A stretch of DNA of 64,000 nucleotides. It comes from Eledone cirrhosa. Its lineage: Eukaryota. This document shows, one piece after another, positions 14,405-27,587 of this stretch (positions are counted from its first letter, which is position 1; every line of letters starts with the position of its first letter). The translations under genes were made by a program, and so were the position numbers. The stretch spans positions 87,978,001 through 88,042,000 of the forward strand of contig OZ024741.1 in assembly GCA_964016885.1 (NCBI GenBank). Direction: 5' to 3'. Under the pieces are notes generated by a model. The model worked only from the letters and a program-made list of their open reading frames with translations. It searched no databases and was not told where the DNA came from.

Positions 14405-15720
14405 TCTTTTTCTTAACCCACCTATTCCTGGGAGGACTGTGGGGGCAGAGTCATGAAACATTCCTTCTAGCGGGTCCTATCAGAAGTAAGTGTCTTGAAT
14501 CCCCTGAGACCAGCCAAGCTCATGCATGTTATCCAACAATCTTGCTTGGGGTCTATCCATGGGTCTTCTGCCATTTGGTTTCACCTGTAAAATCTGTCCA
14601 GCAATTCTTTCCCGAGTCATTCTAACAACATGTCTGTAATATCAGATGTGCGATCTCTCAATTCAGAAAAGTAGCAGCTCTACCTGAAGTGATTCTCTGA
14701 TCATCAAGCCACACACTCTATCAAGTACTGTTACTCCAAAGACCCTTCAGAAGTCATTACCCAAGATTCATGACCATAGGTAAGAGTTGGCACAAATACT
14801 GAGTTGAAGATAGTGAGTTTGATTTTTACACCTACCTCCCATCTTCTGTTTATTAAATGCTAAAGCTGACACATTACTGCTCCAGCTCCTGCAATTCTTG
14901 CACTTAATACAACCCTCTGCCCTCCATCACTTGTGAACACAGCACCAAGATACTTGAACTTCTCCATTTGCTTCAGTGGAACTCCACTCACATGTAAAAT
15001 ACACAGTGCAGGCTTCCTTCAGAGAACAAATGTCTCAATCTTTGCAGCACTGATTTTTATTTCAAGCATATCTATCAAGTGCATGCCAGAAATCACATTC
15101 TTAGTACCATATCACCAGCAAATTCCAACCAACTGACTCGACACCCACCAGTCACAATAACACTTCCAACTCAGCTGCAGATGTCAATTTTGTCCATGAA
15201 GATTATCAAAGGAAAGGTGACTGTACACACTCTTGGCAGAGTTCGATACCCACATTGAATGGTTTTGACTTAGCTCAATTAATCTGAATGCAAATACTAG
15301 GGCATTCGAAGACATCACGGCAGCAAGAAGCTGTCCATTGATCCCATATTCCTGCAGAACCTTCCACAACAGGTCCCATGGAACGCAGTCATACGACTTT
15401 TCAAGATCTACAAAATGAGAATACACCTCTTGGCAATACTCCTACAATTTCTTGAAGACCTGCCACAGTGTGAATATTTAGTCTGCTGTGCTGCGTCCAG
15501 AGCGAAAACCAGTTTGTCAGCTAGCTTGAACTCAAAAATATCCCTACATCTCTGTCAAACATTAAGCAGTCTTTTCTGGGGAGATCCCTCAATAATTGGA
15601 CCAATCTCTTGTCTCCCTTTTACAAAATTGAGATTATCACCCTGATTACTATTGCTTAGGTGACTTTCCAGAGATCCAGACCACTCAGCATACATAAGTT
15701 AGCCAGAATACACCTTCTCT
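14405..15720 (-). mobile_element. Second, distinct RTE-like LINE family, degenerate (3' pieces also at ~41880-42312 + and ~51640-51825 -)
   Basis: FVDLEKSYDCVPWDLLWKVLQEYG and EKFKYLG remnants; no PHD-type insert seen. The three pieces share a 3' end. Confidence 0.72.
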
Positions 15721-17539
15721 ACTTAAGGTTTTAGCATTTAAACCAGCCATGTCCGGTCAGAATTCTCTTACTTCTTTCTGTTTAAACCACCCGTAACTTG
15801 CCGCTCATACTGATGTTAAAGTATTGTTCTCAAAATAAATAACATCAAAATCTCATAGATTCGATTTTATGTGAGATAAAACCTTTACCACAAAAATACA
15901 ATAGTATATACAGAGTAATGTAAATGGTTAAGGCTTTTAACATCTTGTAGCTATAACATTATGTTGCGAGAGCTTTCTTGGGAGCTACAGGTGTCACTCA
16001 TTGCTCCATCTCCCCAAGTAGTCTACCGCTGTTGGTCCGGGTTTGCTTATTCATCCAGCAGGAGCCAGCTTATATCACAACTAACTGTCATATCTGATGG
16101 CTGTATCGCTATCTGCCATCTGGGACCTGTTCCTAGCAGAAAGTCAACATGACAAATACCAAAGAACAAATCAGTAACAGCATAAAATCCCAGTGTAATC
16201 TGGAGAGTGGTCTTGCCCAGTATGCAAGAACTGAGTAAATAGGAACTCAATACTATGTATTCAGTGCAATCAATGTGTACAGAAAAAGTCAGCACACAAC
16301 CGGGGCCACCACCATTATATTTTATAATCATTCAGGAAAATTTAGACAAGCTTACACGATTATGTCCGTCTAGCTGTTTTACTGCTTCACTATATTTTCC
16401 TTGGCTGGCATCTTCATTTCTTACATCAATAGCTCATGGCATTTTTTCACTTGGCACACAAGATCTATTTTTATAATAAATCTAAATCACCTTGCATCAG
16501 CTAATACTTCTACCGTCCAACCATCAAAACATAGTCAATATTTCAAATTCACATTATACATCCAGTGTATCCAACAGAACTCTTAATCTTCAGTTGCTAG
16601 GAGATCACTGCAATGCAGCTAAATTTAAATGATACAACAATTAGAACTTTTAGAATAACAACAAACTCACAACTAGTTTATTTATTTTAGGGAAATTATT
16701 AAGTACATTTATATCATCATCGTTTTACATCCAGTTTTCCATGTTACAGCAAGATGAACGATGAAATTCATACAGTAAAGTTGTTCACCTATTAGATATG
16801 TTCATATTCAATCATACCTCACCTGTTATCATTCTACTATCTTCCACCACAACATACATAACAAGGGTTGGCATCAGATCTGTCTACATTCAGTACCTTT
16901 ACCATCACCATATTTTACTGCTAGCAATCTCACTCCAAATCACTCTTTCCACCCATTGACCATCTCTTGTCATCCATCACCCACCCATCTTTATTGCTTT
17001 TCTTACAATCCTTTAGTGATCATGCTGGTCATACTGTTTTTCTATTCAATTTCCTTACCAACAACATATAGCTGCCTATCACTATATCTCTTCTATCATT
17101 TCCTCTCTTACCAATTCCTTTGTATTTCCCACCATACTCAAACACTCTTCTTTCAATCATTCACACTGTCAGTCTTATTTAGTTTGAATAAACAAAGACA
17201 ACATAGAATACACATGCTATTCCACTTGGACAGCCCTACAAAACTAAGAAAAAAGGAAAGAAGGCAAACACTGGGCAAATGACTACTGGTTACAGATTTC
17301 AGAAGGCATTCAATCCTCATTTTATACATGTAACAGCCATGAAGTGAACATGAGGGTCAACAAAGCAATCAGCCCAACTGATAGTACATTGAACTCTACA
17401 CCAGAAAAACTATATATATATATACACACACACACATGTATATCCGCAGGAAATTTACAGAGAATAAATAAGGTATAAATAGGCATTGATTATATACACA
17501 CACATTTATATACATATACCAGGATAAAATGCATCCAAT

Positions 17540-18260
17540 ATTATTCTCCCAAACACCCTCCTCCACTGCTAATTAAGTCACCTAGATAGCAGAAGTTATC
17601 AACCCCTTCTGTGGACACTCCCTGTGACTTGAAGAGGTTTATATCACTGACACTCTTCCCCTCGATTACTTCTGTGCATCTACATACAAAGTTTTCCTTT
17701 CCTGTTAGTCTACCTGTTATCCCACTACATCTCTTGTGTACCCAAGAATTACATAGTGTACACGATGTAGAGTTTATGTCTACACCTTTTCTACATATTA
17801 AGCAGGGCTACTTCCCTGGAGGGATCAGGGTCCTATCTTCTTTCCTACACACAAGCACTTTAGATTTGGCTAAGTTTATTCTCAGACCCTTTGATTCCAA
17901 ATTCTGTTTCTACAGACGGAACTTATTTTCTAGTTCTTTTATGGATTCAGCTATAAGGACCAAATCATCTGCATAGAGAAGTTCCCATGGATAGCCAGTT
18001 TTAAACTCCTCTGTTATAACCTGAAGAACTATGATGAACAGTAGTGGGCTAAGAACCAAACCTTGAACTCCTACTTGTACCTTGAATTCTTCACTAAACT
18101 CACCTCCTATTCTCTCTTTACTGACAGATCCTCTGAACATGGCTTGCATTGCTCTCACAAGCTATTCTTCTACACCTAATTTCCTTAAGGACCACCAGAT
18201 AATAGATCAAGGTACTCTGTCAAAGGCCTTTTCTAGATCAACAAAAGCTAAATATAGTGG
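17540..18260 (-). mobile_element. Degenerate RTE LINE fragment (RT plus PHD-type finger)
   Basis: FVDLEKAFDRVP-like, LVLSPLLF and ELLYADDL motifs with frameshifts. Confidence 0.85.
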
Positions 18261-18339
18261 TTTATTATTACTTCATTCTCTTCTTTTTTTTTCCTCTTCT
18301 ATAATTACCAACTACTTTGAGTGCCCTGTACCCTATTTA

Positions 18340-18960
18340 TATAGCTGTCACATGTCTGCCATATGCATCACATGTCCAAACCACCATCTCCTCTCCTGTA
18401 CACTGCATCTGGCCCCTCTTGTACCTAGCTTCTCTCTCAGTTCACTGATGCTTTCAGGTTCATGCACTCTGCTATTATACATCCACCAGAGCATGTAAGC
18501 TTCATTTCTCTCCAATCTTCATAGGTCCTCTGTACATATTGCCCATGTCTTGCATGCAGCATTGTTGTTTGTACACAAGCTTCATACAATCTTCCTTTCA
18601 TTTTGAGGGAAAAACCTTTTGTAGCTAGCAGCACTATTAGCTCCCTGAACGTTTTCTATCTCATTTTCACTCTGGCTACTATACTTTCAGAACACCCACC
18701 TCCACTGCTAATTTGGTCTCCTAGTTAACAAAAGCTATCAACTACTTCTATTGAGCCCTCTCAGCATTTAAAAGAAATTGTTTCCTGTGTGCTCTTGCTA
18801 CTTACTACTCCTGTGCATCAACCCCATACAAAACCTACACTCTTTGCTAGCCACTATATCTCTTGTGTACCCATAGTTCGCATTTGGAATATAGAATAAA
18901 ATTTCTACCTACTCCTTTCCTGCACACTAAGTAAGGCCATTTCCCTGAGATCTGGGGCCT
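18340..18960 (-). mobile_element. Degenerate RTE LINE fragment (finger to C-terminus)
   Basis: SGKWPYLVCRKGVGRN...WVHKR and KGFSLKMKGRLYEACV remnants. Confidence 0.82.
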
Positions 18961-19014
18961 GTATTCCTTGAAATCTATTATGCACACAGGATAGAAACTG
19001 GTAGTACTAAATGC

Positions 19015-19182
19015 GGTGATGGGCTTCCTACAGTTTTCATCTACTAAATTCACTCACAAGGCATTGGTGAGTTCAGGACTATAGTCGAAGAAATTTGCTC
19101 GAGGTGCCACACACAGTTGGGGTGAACCCAAAACCATATGGTTCTGAAGCAAACCTCTTAACCATACAGCCATCTCTGCACC
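19015..19182 (-). mobile_element. tRNA-derived SINE, third family (other copies ~9395-9490, ~12175-12335, ~26785-26905)
   Basis: ggctgt.tggttaagaag head, ggttc B-box, CORE-like 'ggcaccttgggcaa' segment and 'gaaactg..gaagccc' end. Confidence 0.65.
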
Positions 19183-19464
19183 TACTATAAATATGCAAAA
19201 GACAACATGGAAAACACCACAGTACAATGATGATATATATATTAGTTTAGCGCTTGATATAGTAAGAAATGAGTCTTAACGTTTCAGATGTTAGTCCTTT
19301 ATCAGAAGATATAATGAGAGAGAGAAGAAAAAATAGATACAAGTGTGTGAGAAATATAACAGAAAAAAATCTTTTCCAAAGTTTTATCCAACTCATGCAA
19401 GCATGGAAAAGTGTAAGTAAAAACAATGATGATGATATAATGTCTACCAGGGCATCAGATCAGA

Positions 19465-19760
19465 AGACTGCAATTGATTCAAAATTCTGTAGCTAGGATA
19501 ATTGAGAAGAGAAAGAAATGTGACATTTTAAAGCATATGAGAACGCTACACTGGCTTCCTGTAAAAGCCCAAATAACATTGAAAATCCTACTACTGACAT
19601 TGAAAGTTGTACATGGATTAGCGCCTCAATACATCAATGAATCGCTTCGTGAATAAGAGTCTAAGAGTTTGAAATCACGTGACAATAGAAGCTTCATGGT
19701 ACCAAGTACGAGAATGAAGAGGTGTGGTGATTTAGCTTTCTGAAAATCAGCTTTCTTACT
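19465..19760 (+). mobile_element. L2/CR1-group LINE ORF2 C-terminal relic
   Basis: IQNSVARII...LHWLPVKAQITLKILLLTLKVVHGLAPQYI, a typical L2 C-terminal signature. Confidence 0.75.
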
Positions 19761-20702
19761 TCTAATTGTTAATCTTTCGATTATTTATGTAAACTCACAG
19801 TTACATGCGTACTTCTTGCACTTTCCATTTACTTTTTAAAAGTAAATGGTAAGATCAGTGCTAACAATCTAGCGAGGCAAAACAAACAAAAAATGTCAGT
19901 CAAAATTACACCAGCAGTGAGGAGAAAGAACGAACAGTTCCGGTCAAGAAAGACAAGGGAGTCAACCACGAAACTAATTAATCAAAAATAGAATGTGTAA
20001 TGCAGTGAGGATTAAATCTGATCTTGGCAGTATACGATGTAATGTATAGAAATTATCTATCGATAATATTAGACGAATTAAAAGCTAACTCGATCTTGGC
20101 AGAGTCTGAACTCAGGAATAAGGATCATATACCCAAATGCTGTAAAGTAACTAGATAGATTCTCTCCTTCCCCGGGTGTTTTCTGTTAAGTTAGGTAGAA
20201 ATATGTTCATCTGAATTAACCAGCAATACTTGTACTTATTTTAACAATAAACTGATTTATCAAAATCGTATTTGATAAATGAGACAAAGGGAAGTATAAT
20301 CCAATATTTTATCAATAAAAATAAATAAGCAAATATTGAATTTGAAAAAAGTTTTTTTTAGATTTATAGAAGATTCGTTATATAATTCAAATTAAACAAG
20401 GAAAATTGAGGGATTTGAGGATGGTAACCCACCTAATTTACTAATCTAGAAGTTAAACATTTTAATACTGATCGTCAGAGGGAACCCGCGAAGCTCAGGG
20501 TAGGCAACAGAGAGTATTCTCAGTAGTATGATATATATATATATTTTTTAGAGTCGGGACCCCGACGGCTGAGCTCTTGCGATTTCAACAGCTAGTTCCT
20601 AGTTAAGGTCGGGAATTAGCTGATTATATATATATATATTACATGCTTGGGTAATAATGTAATATTATGAAGAGAGAAAATAAATGGAGGAAAAAAACAT
20701 AC

Positions 20703-20793
20703 CTTTTTTCATGGTAACAATGGACCTTGATGATATTGTATCTGATGCAACGAGAATATAATCTTTTCCTTTAATTCCAATTAAATATTCCAT
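20703..20793 (-). CDS. PSMB2: Proteasome subunit beta type-2 (beta4), coding exon 1 only
   Basis: Not in the ORF track. The reverse complement reads MEYLIGIKGKDYILVASDTISSRSIVTMKK plus 1 nt, then a GTATGT donor. This matches the recalled PSMB2 N-terminus (MEYLIGIQGPDYVLVASD...) with a 91-nt phase-1 exon. No later exons found in the window. Confidence 0.93.
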
Positions 20794-21400
20794 TTTATCA
20801 AGTATTGTAGAAACAGTGAAAGATTATTATTTACACGCGACTATAATGAACAAGCACAAAATTTGAACTTCCGTTTAAGACCGCAGCAAATACGACATTT
20901 TTTGTGTTATGCTACCGGTTAAAAAAATCTTTTATTTTTTTATTTTTGATGTTAAAAAATTGGAGATGAAAGCAAAAAATTACAAATTATAATAGTAATA
21001 ATAAAAGACAACTGCAGAATTTTGCAATTTTAATAAAATATTTTTTTAAAAACTTGATCGTCTACGGGACGGAAAAGGTAATAACATGGCTTTCTAATAT
21101 TTTTTTTAAATTTCTAGTTCTAAATTTGAACAACTGAATTCTTAGAAGAAGTAAAAAATAAGACTGCAGAATTTTGTCTATAGAAAGCAGCATCGTCATC
21201 TGTCTTCCGGGATAGACGTGAAAAAAATATATTAATTTGGTTTTTGTTTTCTATTTTTTTAAATTATTTGTTAATTTAATTATTAGAAATTATAAAATAA
21301 TATATACATTTGTATACATTTATATTTATTTCAACATTGATCGAGAATAACGATACAAATACCTTTCGTCACCATCCCCACAGTCATCCAGCAGAGTAAC
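20794..21400. promoter_or_regulatory. Putative bidirectional promoter region between PSMB2 and EB1/MAPRE
   Basis: TE-free and locally CpG-richer interval between two divergent first exons. Contains ETS-like ACTTCCG (~20868) and CTTCCGG (~21204); an E-box CACGTG lies at 21400-21405. Confidence 0.6.
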
Positions 21401-21477
21401 ACGTGACCGGTTACATTCAAATCTGTTCAACACTGAGTCGTTATAGTATCTTCAAAGCTACTTTTCCCACCATTTAG
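21365..21477 (+). other. MAPRE1: Probable non-coding first exon (5' UTR) of EB1/MAPRE; start approximate
   Basis: Strong donor TTAG|GTAAGA (GT at 21478). The first coding exon has its own acceptor 13 nt before the ATG, so an upstream UTR exon is required. Confidence 0.6.
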
Positions 21478-21786
21478 GTAAGATTTTTTGCCCTTCTTCT
21501 TTCCCATTTTCTCCAATTCTTCACAAGCTGCCCTTTTTTCCTTTATTTATTTAAAAGAAAATCGTGTGCACATTTAAATGTATATTATATATTTGTGTAA
21601 ATATTTTCTCTAGATATTTTATGATTAATTAGATGATGACATTAAAGACACAGACAGATTATCAGCTTTATCTGTCATCATATACTTTGAATATTTAAAT
21701 CGTCGATCTGAGCACATCTATCTCTATTTGAGAATAATTTAAACAGTGGATGCTGTAAAGACGACACACATCACATTGTGCTAGAA

Positions 21787-22084
21787 CTGGTTCTCAAACT
21801 TTTTTTTACTCACGGCAAATTTTTGGAAAAGCAAAAATATGCTGGTGCACTTTTTGCCACAAATTCGAAAATTTATTCAAAATAATTTCTCATACGCATA
21901 ACGGAATTAAAAGGTTCTAGGCCCATTTCCCCCCTGACCAGCTCCTCCATGACTAAACTTAACTTGTTTGCCACTTTGACAGCTATATATGAACTTTCAT
22001 ACGAATTTCACATCTTAAAACTTAATCTTAGTCTTTTACGGTACATCTAGTTACATCTCACGGCACACGGTTTGGGAACCACTG
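21787..22084. mobile_element. hAT (Charlie-like) MITE
   Basis: Ends c..tggttctcaaac / gtttgggaaccactg; 8-bp TSD TGCTAGA(A/G) matching at 7 of 8 positions. Confidence 0.7.
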
Positions 22085-25000
22085 TGCTAGAGGATGACTT
22101 CTTACAAACGATGCTTTCTTTCTCACATTTTCCCGGTTAATTTACTAAGAAATTATAGATTATTACAAACATTAAAATTGTTATTACTAATTAACCGACA
22201 AAGTATTATGGTTTAAAATACGTTTCGGATAACGGTGGTTTGTAAGTTCCCCTAATGAAATAAATATGTCTATGGAGATTGTGACGGTTTCTTTTTTTCT
22301 TTTTGTTGTTTGAACAAACCATTTCGTCCAACAGTAAAGAAAAAATAACAAGTGGTTTAGTTTCGATTTAAAAAAGCTTTCTGAGAAGATTGGAGAATGT
22401 TTGTCGATCGTAATAAAATGTGTCATCGAATATTCCAGTTGTATTGCAACACAAAGACCTGTGTGTGAATATATAATCTCCATATATGAATGTGAAAAGT
22501 TTCTAGATTTGATGAAATTATATTTTATCCACTTAAATATAGATGCCATTTATAAAATTAGTTTTACTGGCATATATCTGACTATACATATGCCTAGACT
22601 TTCGATTAAAGGAATAGTAATCGTTTGAACCAATGCCGGTATGATGCTCGTACTATTTCCATCAATGGATGGTGACGACATAAGGCGAGATTTAAACTTG
22701 AGAGTGAGATTAACATCTAGCTATTTTGGAAAGTATTCAGAACAGCTTTCAATAAAATTGTTTGTAAACTTATGGTGGTTTCTCAGCGACAAATTCCCAA
22801 ACACGTCGTGGTGGCCATGCTCTTCCTGAGATTATTAGTGACAAGTGCTAACCGAAACCGAGTTCATCTTATCGTCAAAGTTAAACTATTACATATCAAC
22901 CAGTGTATTAAAATTTCAGTTACTATAGAGGGTAAAACAATGGACGAGATCGCCTCATTTGTCAGTACTAAGTTCTGAATTGAAATCCTGTTAATGTTGA
23001 TTTATCAAGTACCAGTTATATAATATGGAAACGAAACCATGCATTCGACCTGTCTGCAAGGTTGATTGAAATAAATATAAACTGACATACATGTTAAACA
23101 TAAGTACTCATAATTATGTGTGTATAAAAAGACGAGATGGTTTTTACTTATCAACTAACGCGGATTGTTGAAACGTGTGTATGTATGAAATATTACTGTT
23201 TAAGACCAGTAAGGGCATTAGTCAACTTCGTACTCTATACTTGGAAAATGTAGGATGTTTGCCTTACGGTTAAGCTTTTACCGTTTTTCATTTTATATCG
23301 TTCGTCTGTATGTTCAAGGAGTGTCTACTACTGTCAACTGACATGACAAACGTTCAGCCTTATGACACCGGTTTATTTCTTTTTAGTGTTCAGTATATAC
23401 TTATCTTTCTATATAATTTTTGCCACATACATTCATATATATGCACTGGTGTGTGTGTGTCCTATGAAAAGAAATAGGTAGGGGCTAATCATATGTCTCA
23501 TCTTATCATGTCATCTTTTCTACGTCTCAGATTCTCATACGAACACTCACTCTATTCCGCTTAATTTTGCTCCTTAACATTACATCGATTTTACTTTAGC
23601 TAGTAATAAAAAGAAACTCCTTTTATTTCAGATTTCCAGCTTTTTTTCTTTTTGTATTGATTTATTTCCATCTCCTTCCGTATAACCTCTTGATTTTCGT
23701 TTATTTCCTCGTGTAAAATGCCTTCGATCAATGTTAGACATTAGAGAAACGGATATTAAAAGAAAGATAAAATACTAGAAAACTGAACATGATCGAAAAT
23801 GTGGAACTTGAAATATTCATATGGGATTTCTTTAAATTCTTGAATGATTTTTCATTTTTAAATGTTAATTTTAAAAAAAAAACATTTTGACTTTTAACTT
23901 CTCACTTTCTGGCTTCTCTCCGAGAAGGTTTTCTATAAATAAATAAAAAAGTATGGGTGGCTGTCATCATTTTACAAAAATATTTTGTATGTGTCAATGA
24001 TTTTTAATATATCTGTGTACCGTTCAACTATTTGTACTTCCTTCGTGACCCAAGACATCCTGCGATTGACAAATTGAAAATCCCATTTAGATTTTTCTCT
24101 TCTTTTTTTTTATCTCCAATCGACGTTTTCTATGCTGTTAGATTAACTGATAAAAGATATAAAAAGATACGTTTTTTTGTTTTTCTGTTTCCCCACTCAC
24201 TGATCTCTATTTTTGTTCTGCCGTCTTTTTTATTTTATCTTTTTGTTGTTTTGTAATTTACTGCGTACAACATAAAACAGTAATCATATCTACCAAAATT
24301 TGAGTTCTATGAAGTTGCTAAAATTTAATAATAATGGTGGTGTTGCAAGAATAGAAATGTATATAGTCAAGAGTGATGTTTAATATATTTGGGACTTTCT
24401 TTGAAAACAGTTTTGCTGCTTATGTGTTGTGTAATACAGTCTAGCCAAATTAATGAAATAATTCCTGATTTCTTTTGGAGACCTGTAGAGAAGGGCTTAT
24501 AGCTTTAAACTGACGCAAAGGGGTTACGTTCAGGACAACCGACAAAGAAATGCTATGCTCCATGTTTAATAGGAACACCCATTTCTTTGGGTTTTTCATA
24601 TGTATAGTTACTTTTGGTTTTATTTTGGGGGGAGGGGGGCATCCCTGTTTGTGCGAAATTGCTAAGTTTAATTGCTTCTGGCGCTTGGCTACAATTTACC
24701 AATTATGTTTCTAATAGTGGTGTTTCTCCTTGTATGTAAGTTTCATGAAGGTAATACATATTTTCTTTATCGGCAACTACCTGACAGTCACTATACTAGT
24801 TATGTGGATGTGTTAGTGCTGAGGATGAATTTGTTTTCATCGTGTATATAAATGACTATGTTCTAGGAATTAAATATTACCGATGTTAGCTGGATAACGA
24901 TAAAATCACTGACGAGAAACCATTTTAAATTACATTCAGTTGTTTGTTTGTTTTTTCGTTAAATAGTAAGATCATTCGTGTGTGTGTGTGAAAACAAGCT

Positions 25001-27587
25001 ATAGCTTATGTAAGGAAGGTGTGACAAGAGTTGGCACTGTTAGGGAGAAGGAGGTTGACCTTTTGTTTTGGGTTTTCAGCGAAATGACATAAACAGATGT
25101 AGTTTAGGATATGTTGTGCTTGTTTGTGTAATAGGTTAGTGAAGGCGCGTGGCTTAGTGGTAGGTTCCCGGCCGGTACGTTGTCTTTGACGTTGTTCCAG
25201 TCTAATCAGCTGGTAAAAATGTGTCGTACCTGTAATTTAAAGGGCCAGCCTTTTCACACAACATTGTGTCACGTCGTATCTACTTGAGAACTACGTCGAG
25301 GTTACACGTTAATTTCACGAGCAGACTTTTCCGTCTGATCGAACGACTGTATCATTCGTCGTCAAAACCGAAAGAGCTTCAACACACACTCACGTAGTTT
25401 TATGTTGTAAGTTATGCTTGCGTAATAATGTGTTGGTCATCTTAATACTCAATACTCTAAACATTTTTTTTCTAATATTGGGAAGGGGGGCAAACTATCT
25501 AAACTCTAATAAAGTAAGAAGTTTATATAATTTTGTTATTTAATGAAATTACCAGTTCAACATTGAAGTTGCCATTGGTGATTGTAGAGTTTGTACTGTG
25601 AACTTTCTGTAAAGGTGGTACTCTAACTTTTTACGGCACTGAAAGGCCGAGGTTAATTTTGCCTTTCATCCTTACGGGGTCGATAAAATAAAGTACCAGT
25701 AATGTACTGAGTAATTGCTGGCCTTGTGCCAAAAGTAGAAACAATTAAAATCTCGGTTTTAATTGTTAATTAGTTTTGATGTAACACATCAGTCAAGTTT
25801 TCTTTATCTGCCTAGAAACTTAACTTATTAAATCAATAGTTCAGTCAGATTAATTAATTGCTTGATTAGTTTCTGATTTTAGAAGTTAATCATCACCATT
25901 GTTGTGTGTTGTGCCTTCATATTTGGTATTTTGTTACGCTAAAGGCATTTCAATATTTAGTTTCATCTGTTTTAGTTCGATTCATATCTTGCCACAGTTG
26001 TCCTGGCTTTTCAAACTATCCTAGATCAACAGAATAGATATACTAGAATTTACACTTGATTATATCCTAGTATAAATCTGTCAAAACGAAACAATGTTCA
26101 TAGGTGCGCTAATATTTCAGATTTTACCTGAAAGCCAATGTAGATAATGCAGTTCGTACAGGCTGGAAAACTTATCCTAGAGTGCTGGAGCTGAAAGTCT
26201 CAACTCCATTCTCATACGTGGTACCATGAAGAGTCCATTGCCACTTGATCTCAAACACGGCGGTTTACGGCCTTTTAACAAGGCAGTTCACCAATGTATT
26301 ATACCATTCGTCCTCAGTTCTACTATAGCTATTTTACTGTTCCACTGTGTAAGCTGCACTAAATATAAAATGTATTTCATGTCGTCTTTGTTTTGTCTGA
26401 AAGTTTATTTTGTTACTGTAAAGAAATACTAAGTTTTATTTTCTGCATCGAACATTTTTATGTTTATCTGCATATTATTTTCTATTTCAACTTCATATTT
26501 ATCAGGTAAAACGTTTTTAATATTAACTAATTGCATGATCAGAATTTAAAAGGGAGAAAATGGAAGTGTTGATGACACAATAAAAAGCACCCAGTACATG
26601 CTGTAAAATGATTGATATTGGAGAGGATATCCAATTGTAGAAACCATGCCAAAGTAGTAAACATGAGCAGGACATGGTCATCTGAATGTGAGAATCCATC
26701 TAACTCGTCAGCATGGAAAAGAGGTGTAAAATGGTGATGATGATCAAGAGACAATTTATAATTTTGATTTTTATGACAAAATAGGTACTGGTATGGCTTT
26801 GTGGTTAAGAAGTCCTCTTTGCAACCAAATATCTTATATTATAGCCACAGGCTGACCTGTGCCATGTGAGTGGAATTAGTAATCAGGAACTGTGCAGAAG
26901 CCAATTGTGTCTTCACATTGACACTACCAACTGGTTGTTCAATATGTGAAGGGTTGACTTCAGGGTGGGCATCTATCCATAAGAATACTGCCTTCAAGAA
27001 TCTCATCCAACCCATACCATACAAATGTAAAAAAAAAAAAAAAGAGGGACATATTTATATACCTATGACATCAATAATGTTGAATATGTATGTTTAGTCT
27101 TTTGAAAAGTCTATAAAATATAGTAAAAAAATATATATATAATTTAATGGTAATGGAAAATTTGGGGTGTCTATTTAAATTAAAGGAAGATTGATATCAA
27201 AGGATGTTAGATTTAATCTTGGGGTGAATACCGCCTTTTCCTGACAGTATTTGTCCATATATTTAATATTGCCTGCTGCACATACATATTCACACTGTCT
27301 AAAATAAAAACACACATACATTGACAAAAATATATACACGTATACATAAAATAATGGTTGCTTAGTATATATGTTTAGGTTCAAGGTTGCGAACTGTACA
27401 TGCATAAAATTGTGTATGCATCTATAAACACAGTCAATATATGTTGACATGTACAAACACATTATAGATTGAATGCTATATACAACCACATCAGGTCATA
27501 GTAGTGTAATATAATAATCACTAGTGTTCCCATTATATGACGTGTAATTTAGCGAGTGTTTGTCATTGGGTAAGAGTAGTTAATAAT

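Noticed and set aside
20058-20065. TATCGATA (DRE-like) motif
   Set aside because: Single AT-rich 8-mer, ~700 bp into the intron and near SINE remnants; expected by chance.
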